Of a stretch of DNA of 64,000 nt, positions 34,357 to 43,409 are shown one piece after another (positions within the stretch are counted from its first letter, which is position 1; the number at the start of each line of letters is the position of its first letter). Below the pieces are notes generated by a model. The model was not told the origin of the DNA and made no database searches. It worked only from the letters and a program-made list of their open reading frames with translations. Both the position numbers and the translations under genes were made by a program. The DNA comes from an uncultured bacterium. GTDB taxonomy: Bacteria; Muiribacteriota; CAYSPT01. Location of the stretch: the NCBI GenBank assembly GCA_964593455.1, contig CAZQHK010000005.1, positions 64,912 to 128,911 of the forward strand, written 5' to 3'.

Positions 34357-35631
34357 ATGTGGATACCTATTACGATAGCCCTGATCGCGGGATTCGCCAT
34401 CGGCGTATCTGTTGCTTTCTATCTTAAACGCATGCAAACCAGGACCGCCCGGGAACTGGCGGATGAACTATTTAAAGAAAGCGAAGAACTGCGCAAGATC
34501 CAGCTAGACGCCATGATGGACAATGTCAAGGCGTCTTTCGGCAGCCTCTCCCGCGACGCCCTGGCAAAATCAAACGATGAGTTTTTGAAGCTGGCCAAGG
34601 TCAGGCTGGGCTCCGAACGGGAGGTCAGCGCCAAGGAACTCGAATCGAAGAAAACGCTGATCGATCAGCAACTGGAACGTATGGGCAAGGAACTCACCAA
34701 GGTTTCCACCCTGGTAAACGATCTGGAGAAAGACCGGGAGCAGAAATTTGGTGAACTGACCTCGACGCTAAAAAACGCCTCCCGGCAAACAGCGGAACTG
34801 ATGCAGACCACCAACACGCTTAAAAAAGCTCTGGCCAGCAGCCAAACCCGCGGCCAATGGGGAGAACGCATGGCCGAAGACGTCCTTAAGATGGCCGGAT
34901 TAATCGAAAAAGTTAATTACCTGAAGCAGAAAACCATCGAAGGAAGCGGTTCTCGACCGGACTTCACGTTTCTGCTGCCCCGCGACCTCAAGCTCAACAT
35001 GGACGTTAAATTTCCCCTGGACAATTACATCAAGTATCTGGAAGCGACTTCCGACCTGGAGAAGAACAAATACAAAAGCGATTTTCTCAAGGACGTGAAA
35101 GCGCGGATAAAAGAAGTTACCACCCGCGACTACATCAACCCCGAGCAAAACACGGTGGACTATGTGCTGCTCTTTATTCCCAACGAACAGATCTACGCCT
35201 TCATCCACGAGCAGGACAGCTCGATCCTCGACCAGGGACTCAAAAACAAAGTCATCTTCTGCTCTCCCATTACCCTTTTCGCGGTGCTGGCAGTGATCAG
35301 GCAGGCGGTGCAAAACTTTGCCCTGGAACAGACCTCCAACAAGATTTTTTCGCACCTCGGACAGTTCAGGAAACAATGGACTGAATACTGCGACAAGTTC
35401 CAGGCGCTCGGCAAACGAATCGACAGTCTACACAATCTCTATACCACGCTCGACACGACCAGACGGAGACAATTAGAAAAACCCTTAACCAAGATTGAAT
35501 CGTTAATTTCCCAGCAGGAACTACCCGCGGCCGTGGAAAACAACCTGCTGCCGTCCCCGGTTGAGAAAAACGGGGAAACGCTTCCCGAAACCGGGGAAGA
35601 AAACTACGAGGAGGAAAACCATGTTGAATAA
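34357..35631 (+). CDS. rmuC: DNA recombination protein RmuC
   Basis: N-terminal TM, a long coiled coil, and the conserved C-terminal core DYVLLFIPNEQIYAFIHEQD...VIFCSPITLFAVLAVIRQA. Confidence 0.85.
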   Translation: MWIPITIALIAGFAIGVSVAFYLKRMQTRTARELADELFKESEELRKIQLDAMMDNVKASFGSLSRDALAKSNDEFLKLAKVRLGSEREVSAKELESKKTLIDQQLERMGKELTKVSTLVNDLEKDREQKFGELTSTLKNASRQTAELMQTTNTLKKALASSQTRGQWGERMAEDVLKMAGLIEKVNYLKQKTIEGSGSRPDFTFLLPRDLKLNMDVKFPLDNYIKYLEATSDLEKNKYKSDFLKDVKARIKEVTTRDYINPEQNTVDYVLLFIPNEQIYAFIHEQDSSILDQGLKNKVIFCSPITLFAVLAVIRQAVQNFALEQTSNKIFSHLGQFRKQWTEYCDKFQALGKRIDSLHNLYTTLDTTRRRQLEKPLTKIESLISQQELPAAVENNLLPSPVEKNGETLPETGEENYEEENHVE

Positions 35632-37477
35632 TCCGCAACTTGACAGCGACGCGCCCTGGAAAGACCGGTTCAGGATACCGAGAACGAGCTGTATCATGAT
35701 AGCCGAAAACAACCCCGACCGGGGTCTGGCGATAAGCAACCGTTCCGGTACATACCAACTCTACGCCTGGGACGTACCCACGGGTGAATTCACCCAACTC
35801 ACCGACCGGCCCCACGGACAATTTTATGGCTATCTTTCCCCGGACGGGAAGTACGTCTATTATCATCACGACGAAATGGGTAACGAGTTGGGACATCTCA
35901 AACGGCTGCCGTACGGCGGCGGTGATGCGGTGGACATAACCCCCGAATTGCCTCCCTATTCCCTGGCCGGCCTCCACATCAGCACCAACGGCCAGGCCAT
36001 CGGTTTTACCCGGGCTGATCGGGAAGGATTTTTTCTCTATACGGCCAGGCTCGATTCCGATCACGGGATGGGGACGTTCCAACTCATTAGCCACCAGACC
36101 AACCTGCTGGCCGGTCCGGTATTCTCAGCCGACGGCTCGCTGGCCCTGACCATCGCCTCGGAGCGTCCGAAAAACCTCAAGTATCACCTGCTGGTCTTCG
36201 ATGTCTCCTCAGGCGCCTTGGTGGCTCGGCTTTCGGACGAACCAGACGGCGCTCTCAGGCCGGGGATGTTCTCTCCGATACCGGGTGATTTCCGCCTGAT
36301 CGCTTCTACCAACCTTTCCGGGTACCCGCGGCCGTTTATCTGGGATCCCATTAAGGAAGAGCGCCGGGAACTTGAGTTGCAGGACCTGGAAGGAACCGTA
36401 TCGGTCAACGACTGGTCCCGGGACGGCCGGTATCTCCTGCTCAACCACGTCAGCCGGGCGGTAAAACGCCTGTATCTTTACGACCTCGACAAAGACCGGC
36501 TCATTAACCTGGAGCACCCGGCGGGTAACCCGTTCGGGACCTACTTCGGTCCAGGCAAGGAAATATTCGTCCACTGGCAAGACTCGACACACCCCACCCG
36601 CCTGATCGCCCTGGATATGGAAACAGGTACGGTGAATCGTACCGTCCTGGAAACCAGCGCCGTACCGCCGTGCCGACCCTGGAAATCTATTATCTTTACT
36701 TCCAGCGACGGGCAGGAGATCCAGGCCTGGCTGGCCATACCGGACGGACCGGGTCCCTACCCCACCATATTGAACACTCACGGAGGTCCCGAAAGCGCTA
36801 AATTAGAGACTTTCTCGCCGGAAAGCCAGGCCTGGCTGGACCACGGCTTCGCCTACCTGACCATCAACTACCGGGGTTCCACCACCTTCGGACGAAAATT
36901 CAAAGAGAAGATCTGGGGCGACCTCGGACATTGGGAAGTGGAAGACATGGCCGCCGCCTACGGAATGCTGGTTGACCGGGGGATTTCCAGACCTGACGCA
37001 GTTTTCTTGACCGGCTGGTCATACGGCGGTTACCTGACCCTGCAGGCAATGGGAGTGAGACCGGACCTCTGGGCCGGCGGCATGGCCGGAATCGCCATTT
37101 CCGATTGGCGGATCAACCACGAGGACAGCAACGAAGCTCTCAGGAATTTTGACGAGGGACTGTTCGGCGGCACCCCGGAAGAAATCCCGGAAAAATTTGC
37201 CAAGAGCTCACCGGTCACCTACGTCGACCGGATGAAAGCGCCGGTGCTGGTAGTTCAGGGCCGCAACGACACCCGCTGTCCCGGCCGGCAAATAGAAGAA
37301 TACCAGGAGAAGATGGAAGCCCTGGGCAACCCTATCGAGGTGATCTGGTTCGACACCGGTCACGCCGGACCTTTCGCCAACCTGGAACAGAACATCAAAC
37401 ACCACGAGAACTTAATTAACTTCGCCTACCGGGTACTGAACGGAGAGTTTTCAGCTAAAAGTATCGATGCCGCCTGA
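35621..37477 (+). CDS. S9 family serine peptidase (prolyl oligopeptidase / acylaminoacyl-peptidase type)
   Basis: ATG at 35621 (GAGGAGGA RBS) overlaps rmuC by 11 nt. Beta-propeller N-terminal half. Catalytic GWSYGGYL, with Asp and His in the C-terminal region (VVQGRNDTRCP, FDTGHAG). Confidence 0.85.
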   Translation: MLNNPQLDSDAPWKDRFRIPRTSCIMIAENNPDRGLAISNRSGTYQLYAWDVPTGEFTQLTDRPHGQFYGYLSPDGKYVYYHHDEMGNELGHLKRLPYGGGDAVDITPELPPYSLAGLHISTNGQAIGFTRADREGFFLYTARLDSDHGMGTFQLISHQTNLLAGPVFSADGSLALTIASERPKNLKYHLLVFDVSSGALVARLSDEPDGALRPGMFSPIPGDFRLIASTNLSGYPRPFIWDPIKEERRELELQDLEGTVSVNDWSRDGRYLLLNHVSRAVKRLYLYDLDKDRLINLEHPAGNPFGTYFGPGKEIFVHWQDSTHPTRLIALDMETGTVNRTVLETSAVPPCRPWKSIIFTSSDGQEIQAWLAIPDGPGPYPTILNTHGGPESAKLETFSPESQAWLDHGFAYLTINYRGSTTFGRKFKEKIWGDLGHWEVEDMAAAYGMLVDRGISRPDAVFLTGWSYGGYLTLQAMGVRPDLWAGGMAGIAISDWRINHEDSNEALRNFDEGLFGGTPEEIPEKFAKSSPVTYVDRMKAPVLVVQGRNDTRCPGRQIEEYQEKMEALGNPIEVIWFDTGHAGPFANLEQNIKHHENLINFAYRVLNGEFSAKSIDAA

Positions 37478-37483
37478 AAAGGT

Positions 37484-37511
37484 TAGCCCGGAAACTGCAG
37501 TTTCCGGGCTA
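37484..37511. terminator. hairpin between convergent genes (12-bp stem)
   Basis: tagcccggaaac-tgca-gtttccgggcta. It overlaps the dtd stop codon. No clear U-tract. Confidence 0.45.
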
Positions 37512-37958
37512 GAACTGTTTGCGGCTATCCAGGAGGATAGTGACCGGACCGTCATTGAGGATGTGGACATCCATCATAGCCCTGAATACTCCTTCGGCTA
37601 CCGTCACGCCCCGTTCGCGCGCTTTCGCGCAGAAGACGCCGTATAACCGGTTAGCCTCTTCGGGGCCGGCGGCGGCAGTGTAACTCGGCCGGCGCCCGCG
37701 GCGGCAGTCGCCTAAAAGCGTGAACTGGCTCACCACCAGCAGTTCGCCCGACACATCCAGGAGCGACCGGTTCATCCGGTCTTCCTCGTCGGCAAACACC
37801 CGCAGGTTTAAGACCTTTTCCAGCATCCAATCCAGATCACGCCCGGTGTCGCCCTTCTCTACTCCCAAAAGCACGTTGAGCCCCGGACCGATCTCTCCCA
37901 CGATCTTCCCGTCAACCTCTACTTTCGATGATTTCACCCGCTGCACGATTGCTCTCAA
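37509..37958 (-). CDS. dtd: D-aminoacyl-tRNA deacylase
   Basis: MRAIVQRVKSSKVEVDGKIVGEIGPGLNVLLGV...VSQFTLLGD...GRRPSY. TTG start with AAGGAG RBS. Confidence 0.9.
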   Translation of the reverse strand: MRAIVQRVKSSKVEVDGKIVGEIGPGLNVLLGVEKGDTGRDLDWMLEKVLNLRVFADEEDRMNRSLLDVSGELLVVSQFTLLGDCRRGRRPSYTAAAGPEEANRLYGVFCAKARERGVTVAEGVFRAMMDVHILNDGPVTILLDSRKQF

Positions 37959-38133
37959 AATCCGTTGCTCCTTGATATTCCGAATTTACAGAATTCATTA
38001 TATCAGGCTTGCCACTGTGAATACGAAGCCTTTCCAATTTACCTATGTCATTCAACAATCGTTAAACTTCCCGAAAGAGAAAGAGCGATAGTCTATTGTT
38101 TTGGACACTACGGCCTGATAAAATCTTTTAAGG

Positions 38134-38634
38134 ATGACTTCTCTCACAGATATACTCCTTATTTTCACCGGAAGCCTGTTCATGCTGGCCGGCCTGACGG
38201 GCTGTTTATTGCCCATCCTGCCCGGACCGCCGCTGAGCTTTATCGGTATCCTCTTTTTGCACTTCAGCTCCTACGGCGAATTTTCATTGAGGTTCCTGGC
38301 TGGATTCGGGGCCGCCGCCGCGCTCGTCACCGTCCTTGACAGCCTCTTGCCGCTCTGGGGTACCAAACGGTTCGGCGGATCCAGGCGCGGGATTGTGGGA
38401 GCTACTATCGGACTCCTGGCGGGCCTTTTCTTTCTGCCTCCTTTCGGGATGATCGTGTTCCCGTTTGTGGGCGCCCTGCTCGGAGAACTATCCACCGGGA
38501 AAGAGGTTTTCCTGGCCGTCAGATCCTCTATGGGCTCCTTCGCCGGATTCCTGGTAGGGACCTTGTTAAAACTCTCCGTGGCCGGCCTTTTACTCTACTT
38601 CTTCATCACGGAGTTGATCCTGAAAATTAAGTAA
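38134..38634 (+). CDS. DUF456-like small membrane protein
   Basis: 166 aa with 4 TM helices. The LLPILPGPPL motif near the N-terminus is typical of DUF456. Confidence 0.55.
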   Translation: MTSLTDILLIFTGSLFMLAGLTGCLLPILPGPPLSFIGILFLHFSSYGEFSLRFLAGFGAAAALVTVLDSLLPLWGTKRFGGSRRGIVGATIGLLAGLFFLPPFGMIVFPFVGALLGELSTGKEVFLAVRSSMGSFAGFLVGTLLKLSVAGLLLYFFITELILKIK

Positions 38635-38734
38635 CATTTGTATTCATCAGTGTCAACATCGTAAAATAGTTGTCAGGATAATATAAGCCCAAATAATTCA
38701 CGAATATTCGCAGCGAATAGAAGGAGGAAATATC

Positions 38735-39511
38735 ATGAAACAGCAATTTCGAGCCTGCTCCCTACTTTTCACCATGCTGGCTGTACTCACCCTGGCCGGA
38801 ACAGGTTCGTTCGGACAAACCGATCCTGTCATCGATGCCCGGATCGGTCTCAACGCCCTGGTGGCGCTTACCGACAGCCATTTCGAACGGCTGATCGATG
38901 TAATGGAAGTGCTGGCGGCCACCAGTGAACTGCAAAGCGGTGACTGGGAGACTATCCGCCCCATACTGGCCGCGTTGAAACACGTTCATATTCCCGGCGT
39001 CTACTGTTGGGTTAAGCCGGACGGAAGCTACTACACTGTCGCCAAGGGAAAGCAGATCAAGAACCTGGCCGACCGCGGTTATTTTCCTACCGTCATGAAG
39101 GGACAACCGGTGGTGGGAGATCTGCTATTCAGCACGTCTACCGGTAAGAAAGTGTCTGTCAATACGGTGCCGATAGAGCAGGATGGCGAGATCGTCAGCG
39201 CCCTGATCGTATCGGTGTTTCTGGAGACGTTCAGCAAATATCTGATCGACCAACTCAAGATACCTGATGATGTCTATTTCTTTGCCATCGACGACGGCGG
39301 CCGTATCGCACTTCACAGCGACGTCGAGCTCATCCTGAAATCACGCGATTTTTTCCAGGTCAGCAACGTCGTTCAACAGGCCATGAAAAATATGCTGCAG
39401 GAAAAAGAAGGGACAGCCACCGTCGAGTACCACGGCGTATCCAGAAGCGTTGTTTTCACGACTTCTCCCCTGACCGGCTGGCACTTCGCTATCGGTGTAA
39501 AAAACAGATGA
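38735..39511 (+). CDS. exported stand-alone Cache-domain protein
   Basis: GAAGGAGG RBS and a signal peptide. Cache-like core: PDGSYYTVAKGKQIKNLADRGYFPTVMKGQPVVGDLLFSTSTGKKVSV. Confidence 0.6.
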   Translation: MKQQFRACSLLFTMLAVLTLAGTGSFGQTDPVIDARIGLNALVALTDSHFERLIDVMEVLAATSELQSGDWETIRPILAALKHVHIPGVYCWVKPDGSYYTVAKGKQIKNLADRGYFPTVMKGQPVVGDLLFSTSTGKKVSVNTVPIEQDGEIVSALIVSVFLETFSKYLIDQLKIPDDVYFFAIDDGGRIALHSDVELILKSRDFFQVSNVVQQAMKNMLQEKEGTATVEYHGVSRSVVFTTSPLTGWHFAIGVKNR

Positions 39512-39517
39512 CCAGGG

Positions 39518-40129
39518 TTACAGCAAGCGAGACAGGCCCTGGTAGATGAACCAGATTCCGCTGATAACAGCGGTCACCCTGGCGGCTGAGCGCACATCTT
39601 TGAACCGCGCGACGAGACCGGAAAAAACAAACGGCAGCAGGAACAGGCTGGTGGCCAGGAAGAAGAAGAGAAAAAACAGTATACTGGAGGCCACGTTCCC
39701 CAATTCGATAGCAGAAGCGGCAGCCAGCAGAAACGGCGGGCAAAGGTTGAGACCGGCCAGGAAACCCACCAGTAACATGGACCACCAGGCCTCAACAAAG
39801 CGTTGACAGAACCGGCAAAACCCCAGATGCGGCATGATCTGAACAAAACCGAAGAGGACCATGATTCCGCCCAGAACCAGGAACAGGCTAGGGAGCACCG
39901 TGGTGTGAAAAACCAGCACCTCCCGCAGGTATCGTCCGAAAAGACCGACGAGCAGACCGAACACGAGATAGGCCGTCAGCCTACCCAGCAAAAACAAGCC
40001 GAGCTCTATTACCGACCGTTTAAAGGACCGGTTCTTTCCGGAAAGCATGATCGGTCCCAGAATTGGATAACAGTATCCCAGGCAAAACGCGCCTGTTGAA
40101 AAACCAAGCGTCACCGCTGCAAGGATCAT
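39518..40129 (-). CDS. DsbD_2 / TauE-UreH-like polytopic membrane protein
   Basis: 203 aa with 6 TM helices. The N-terminal GAFCLGYCYPILGP resembles the HC-x-MCGP motif of that family. Its start overlaps the upstream stop (ATGA). Confidence 0.5.
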   Translation of the reverse strand: MILAAVTLGFSTGAFCLGYCYPILGPIMLSGKNRSFKRSVIELGLFLLGRLTAYLVFGLLVGLFGRYLREVLVFHTTVLPSLFLVLGGIMVLFGFVQIMPHLGFCRFCQRFVEAWWSMLLVGFLAGLNLCPPFLLAAASAIELGNVASSILFFLFFFLATSLFLLPFVFSGLVARFKDVRSAARVTAVISGIWFIYQGLSRLL

Positions 40130-40572
40130 CTTTTTCCTTCCATAAACTTTTTCAAAGTTTCCCCCGACATCATGTCCGGACCCCAGGGAACCGTGTCGTC
40201 TATCCTGACATCAATCTCCTCGACCCGGTCCATCAGTTTCACCCTGGTTTCCACGAGCGAAACGAGGTAATCGGCATAGGGGCAGAAAGAAGAAGTCAGG
40301 ATAAGGGTGACCGTTACCTTACCGTCTTTCCCGACCTCGGCAGACCTGACCAGGCCGAGGTCCACGATATTCAACCGTATTTCCGGATCGTAGACGGTTG
40401 CCAGGACCCGTCCGACGGTTTCAGGAGTGACTGGTCCGGAGACCAGTTGCGGAGATAGGGCCTCAGGCTGTGTTGTATCGACCATGGACGGAGGAAGACG
40501 GTAAAGCATCAAACCCAGACCACACAGAAGGATCACCAACCCCGTGCGGATGATCAGCCTGATTTTATCCAT
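40126..40572 (-). CDS. membrane-anchored DUF59 (MIP18/SufT-like metal-sulfur cluster assembly) domain protein
   Basis: N-terminal TM, then VLATVYDPEIRLNIVDLGLV...VTVTLILTSSFCPYADYL. Confidence 0.7.
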   Translation of the reverse strand: MDKIRLIIRTGLVILLCGLGLMLYRLPPSMVDTTQPEALSPQLVSGPVTPETVGRVLATVYDPEIRLNIVDLGLVRSAEVGKDGKVTVTLILTSSFCPYADYLVSLVETRVKLMDRVEEIDVRIDDTVPWGPDMMSGETLKKFMEGKR

Positions 40573-40624
40573 GTCGCCGCTCCCCTCTCTAAATAAAACG
40601 TAATTCTGCCAGGGGAATATTCTT

Positions 40625-40694
40625 TAGCCCGGATATTTCACCAGTGTGCCTACATCATGACCTCGTGACGGCAACTCGTGAAATATCCGGGCTA
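40625..40694. repeat. family-B element, short (70-bp) copy
   Basis: tagcccggatatttcac (40625-40641) pairs with gtgaaatatccgggcta (40678-40694). The right inner end gacctcgtgacggcaactcgtgaaatat matches gacctcgcgacggagactcgtgaaatat at 30728-30755. Confidence 0.75.
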
Positions 40695-40829
40695 GTGATA
40701 GTTTTACCTAATTTTGATTCGAATGACAAGATACCAAAACTCAAGTAAAACGTTAGCTTTTGCCTTAAAACCCCTATGGTAAGTATGATCCGGCCACCAG
40801 GCAACCATGATGTCACGGTTAAAAAAACC

Positions 40830-40857
40830 TAACTTTTTGGGCCATTTCTGCCGATGA
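40830..40857 (+). promoter_or_regulatory. sigma28 (FliA)-like promoter upstream of flgE
   Basis: TAAC - 16 nt - GCCGATGA, compared with the consensus TAAA-N15-GCCGATAA. About 115 nt upstream of the ATG. Confidence 0.4.
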
Positions 40858-40972
40858 CAGTAGAGTAAGCTGTTCCCTGCAAGGAACCAGGGGAAACGCT
40901 TGTGTGTACCGATAAACTCCTCACGGACGAACAAACAGCGCAGGAGGTGCGAAATGAGGAGGCACACACACC

Positions 40973-42694
40973 ATGATGAGAACCCTTTTCACCGGCGCTA
41001 CCGGTCTAACCAATTTCCAGGCCAAGATAGACGTCATCAGTAACAACATCAGTAATGTAAACACGACCGGATACAATGCCCAGCGTATGCAATTCGGCGA
41101 TATAATGGACCAGATGATTACCGCGTCGGCGGCTCCCACCGACTTCAAGGGCAGCCGTAACTCCATTCAGGCACCGCATGGAAGCACCATTGCCTCCATA
41201 GATAACCTCATCTCCCAGGGCGGTATGCAACTCACCACCAATCCATATGACATGGCTATCCAGGGAGAAGGCTGGTTTGCTATGTTTGACGGCGAGCAGA
41301 TGCACTACACCCGGGCTGGGACCTTCGGTGTGGATGGCGATGAATTTCTTGTTGATCCGGGGACCGGGTTCTTTGTCATGGGATGGGCCCCGGAAATAGT
41401 AGACGACGTCCCGACCATCGTCCCCGGCGGAGACTTGGGGTCACTGTCGCCGACGAAGATCGAACAAACCATCTCCGCCACCGCTACTACCGAGATGACG
41501 TTCGCCGGGAACCTTAACTCCGACGAGAACACATTTGCCAAGCTCAAGGCAGGCAGAGAGATCTTCGACTCCGAAGGGAACGCGTATTTCCTCAACGTCG
41601 TTTTCTCCAAGAACGAAGTCTTCGACATGGATAATGACGGGGCAGACGGTATCCCGGCCAACATGGGACGCCGGCACAACAGCGAAATACTCGGGACGGG
41701 CGATTTGGTTACCTTCGATTTCCTGTTAGCCAATGCCCCGGCCCTGCCGGATTCCATCAGCGTCCGGGTAAACAGCCAGCCCACCACCGCGTACACGCTC
41801 CTGACGGATCCCGGCGGGGCGATCACGGGTATCAGCTTTAACACTGCTCCAGGCCTGGGCGACCTGATCGCCGTCGATTACAGCGAGCAGTTGAGCACGG
41901 ACGACGACGGAACCACCGACGGGACGGCCACCTCGTGGACCTACCGGGTGGAAGTGCTACCCTCAACCGGTGGCGTGTCGAGCCCCGACATGGACGCCCT
42001 GCGGCTGGGAAGCCAGTTGCCCGGCCCCCAGGAAGCGGCGGCGGACGCGGTGATTCCCGATTTGAACGGCAGCGGTGTTGTCGTCTTCGACAACGCCACC
42101 GGCATGATCAACAAAGCTTTGAGTTTCGTCTACAACAATGTTGATCCGAACACCCGCCTGCCAGTTTTTAGCACCAACGATTACGATGAGGCGACAGACA
42201 GCTACATCAGTCCCGTCAGCATCCAGTCAGACGATCCGGCTGTCGGTTTGTTCGACATCATACTGAACATTGACGAAGTCTCCCAGTTCTCTGAACAAAC
42301 CACGGTGGAGGCTTCCACCCAGAACGGTTACGGAGCAGGTGAGCTGGTCGATTACTATACCGACTCAAACGGGCTGCTCACCGGAGAGTACTCAAACGGC
42401 AAGACCAAGGTACTGGGACAGATACCGCTGGCCAGGTTCATCAATCAAGGCGGACTCCACCGGACCGGTAACACCTCTTTCATCGTCAGCAACAATTCAG
42501 GGACACCGTCGCTGGGCATGGCGGGTGACGATGGAAGAGGAACAATTCACACCAATTTCCTCGAAATGTCGAACGTCGATTTGGCCCGGGAGTTTTCGGA
42601 GCTAATCATTGCCCAGCGGGCGTTCCAGATGAACTCGAGTTCGATCAGGACAGCCGACAAGTTCCTCGAGCGCGCGGTAAATCTCAAGACATAA
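40973..42694 (+). CDS. flgE: flagellar hook protein FlgE
   Basis: N-terminus MMRTLFTGATGLTNFQAKIDVISNNISNVNTTGYNAQR. C-terminus FLEMSNVDLAREFSELIIAQRAFQMNSSSIRTADKFLE. Confidence 0.9.
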   Translation: MMRTLFTGATGLTNFQAKIDVISNNISNVNTTGYNAQRMQFGDIMDQMITASAAPTDFKGSRNSIQAPHGSTIASIDNLISQGGMQLTTNPYDMAIQGEGWFAMFDGEQMHYTRAGTFGVDGDEFLVDPGTGFFVMGWAPEIVDDVPTIVPGGDLGSLSPTKIEQTISATATTEMTFAGNLNSDENTFAKLKAGREIFDSEGNAYFLNVVFSKNEVFDMDNDGADGIPANMGRRHNSEILGTGDLVTFDFLLANAPALPDSISVRVNSQPTTAYTLLTDPGGAITGISFNTAPGLGDLIAVDYSEQLSTDDDGTTDGTATSWTYRVEVLPSTGGVSSPDMDALRLGSQLPGPQEAAADAVIPDLNGSGVVVFDNATGMINKALSFVYNNVDPNTRLPVFSTNDYDEATDSYISPVSIQSDDPAVGLFDIILNIDEVSQFSEQTTVEASTQNGYGAGELVDYYTDSNGLLTGEYSNGKTKVLGQIPLARFINQGGLHRTGNTSFIVSNNSGTPSLGMAGDDGRGTIHTNFLEMSNVDLAREFSELIIAQRAFQMNSSSIRTADKFLERAVNLKT

Positions 42695-42863
42695 TCTCCA
42701 CCAAGCTCTTCATGTCTGTCATCCGGAAATAAAAGGAGGGCGAGTTGATCCTCGCCCTCAAAGAGCTTTTAGCCGGCAACCGCAGAAGGCAACCGAGCTT
42801 AACATGAAGAGGAAACGTCAAGGGTGACTCATTGATACATAAGACCTGCTTTTCACACACAAA

Positions 42864-43055
42864 CTAAAAGCAATCAGGCAGACAATCCATGGCCCAACCG
42901 GGAGCCTGGTCTCCGAACTCGCGCCGCCTGATGCTATCTGCCAGGGCAACGATAACCTCCGAATTTTCATCGGAGTTCTGGATAAGGTTTTTAAAACGGC
43001 TTATCTCCTCCATGGATCCGTACATGAACACCAGAAAGGTTTCCGCAGCGAACAT
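42864..43055 (-). CDS. possible small acidic hypothetical protein (63 aa)
   Basis: AAGGA lies 11 nt upstream of the ATG, and the sequence is helical and acidic. It competes with an overlapping plus-strand ORF. Weak call. Confidence 0.25.
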   Translation of the reverse strand: MFAAETFLVFMYGSMEEISRFKNLIQNSDENSEVIVALADSIRRREFGDQAPGWAMDCLPDCF

Positions 43056-43375
43056 CGAAGTGCCGTCCTTTCACAAAACCATTTACCAGCGGTTTGCTTC
43101 TGGTTTTTGGTTATTGCACAAGTCATGCCAGGAAATTGCGCGGACGGAAATTACTGATTTCATAACAGGCAAAAGTCCTATGAAATATGACTAAAATAAA
43201 TTTGCCTGGGTAGTATGAGTTTCAACAGGGGGATACGGTGAGAGACAATCTATGTCAAGGAACTGGACAGATACCAGGCGGCAGCCGTTCAAAAAACGGC
43301 CACATCATCTTCAAAATCTCCACTCACACTTGCTGGATGGAACCAGCCTTCGCCCGGGTAAAGAATCTCAAATCG

Positions 43376-43389
43376 CTCCTTGCTTGAGG
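43376..43389 (+). repeat. family-A repeat, truncated copy
   Basis: ctccttgcttgagg, preceded by aatctcaaatcg. The module atcttcaaaatctccactcac at 43307-43327 is the rc of 5248-5270. Confidence 0.5.
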
Positions 43390-43409
43390 TATGTTTTTTC
43401 CAACCCAGT

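Noticed and set aside
40704-40967. 87-aa minus-strand ORF upstream of flgE
   Set aside because: It is Cys/Trp/His/Arg-rich low-GC sequence with no RBS, and it overlaps the predicted flgE promoter and leader.
42889-43194. 101-aa plus-strand ORF after flgE
   Set aside because: It has no RBS, its composition is not protein-like, and it overlaps the slightly more plausible minus-strand 63-aa ORF. The whole 42.7-43.4 kb stretch may be non-coding.
43276-43300. Hairpin gccgtt-caaaaa-acggc considered as the terminator of the outer-membrane cluster
   Set aside because: The only T/A run is in the loop, and no U-tract follows the stem on either strand. I did not call it as a terminator.
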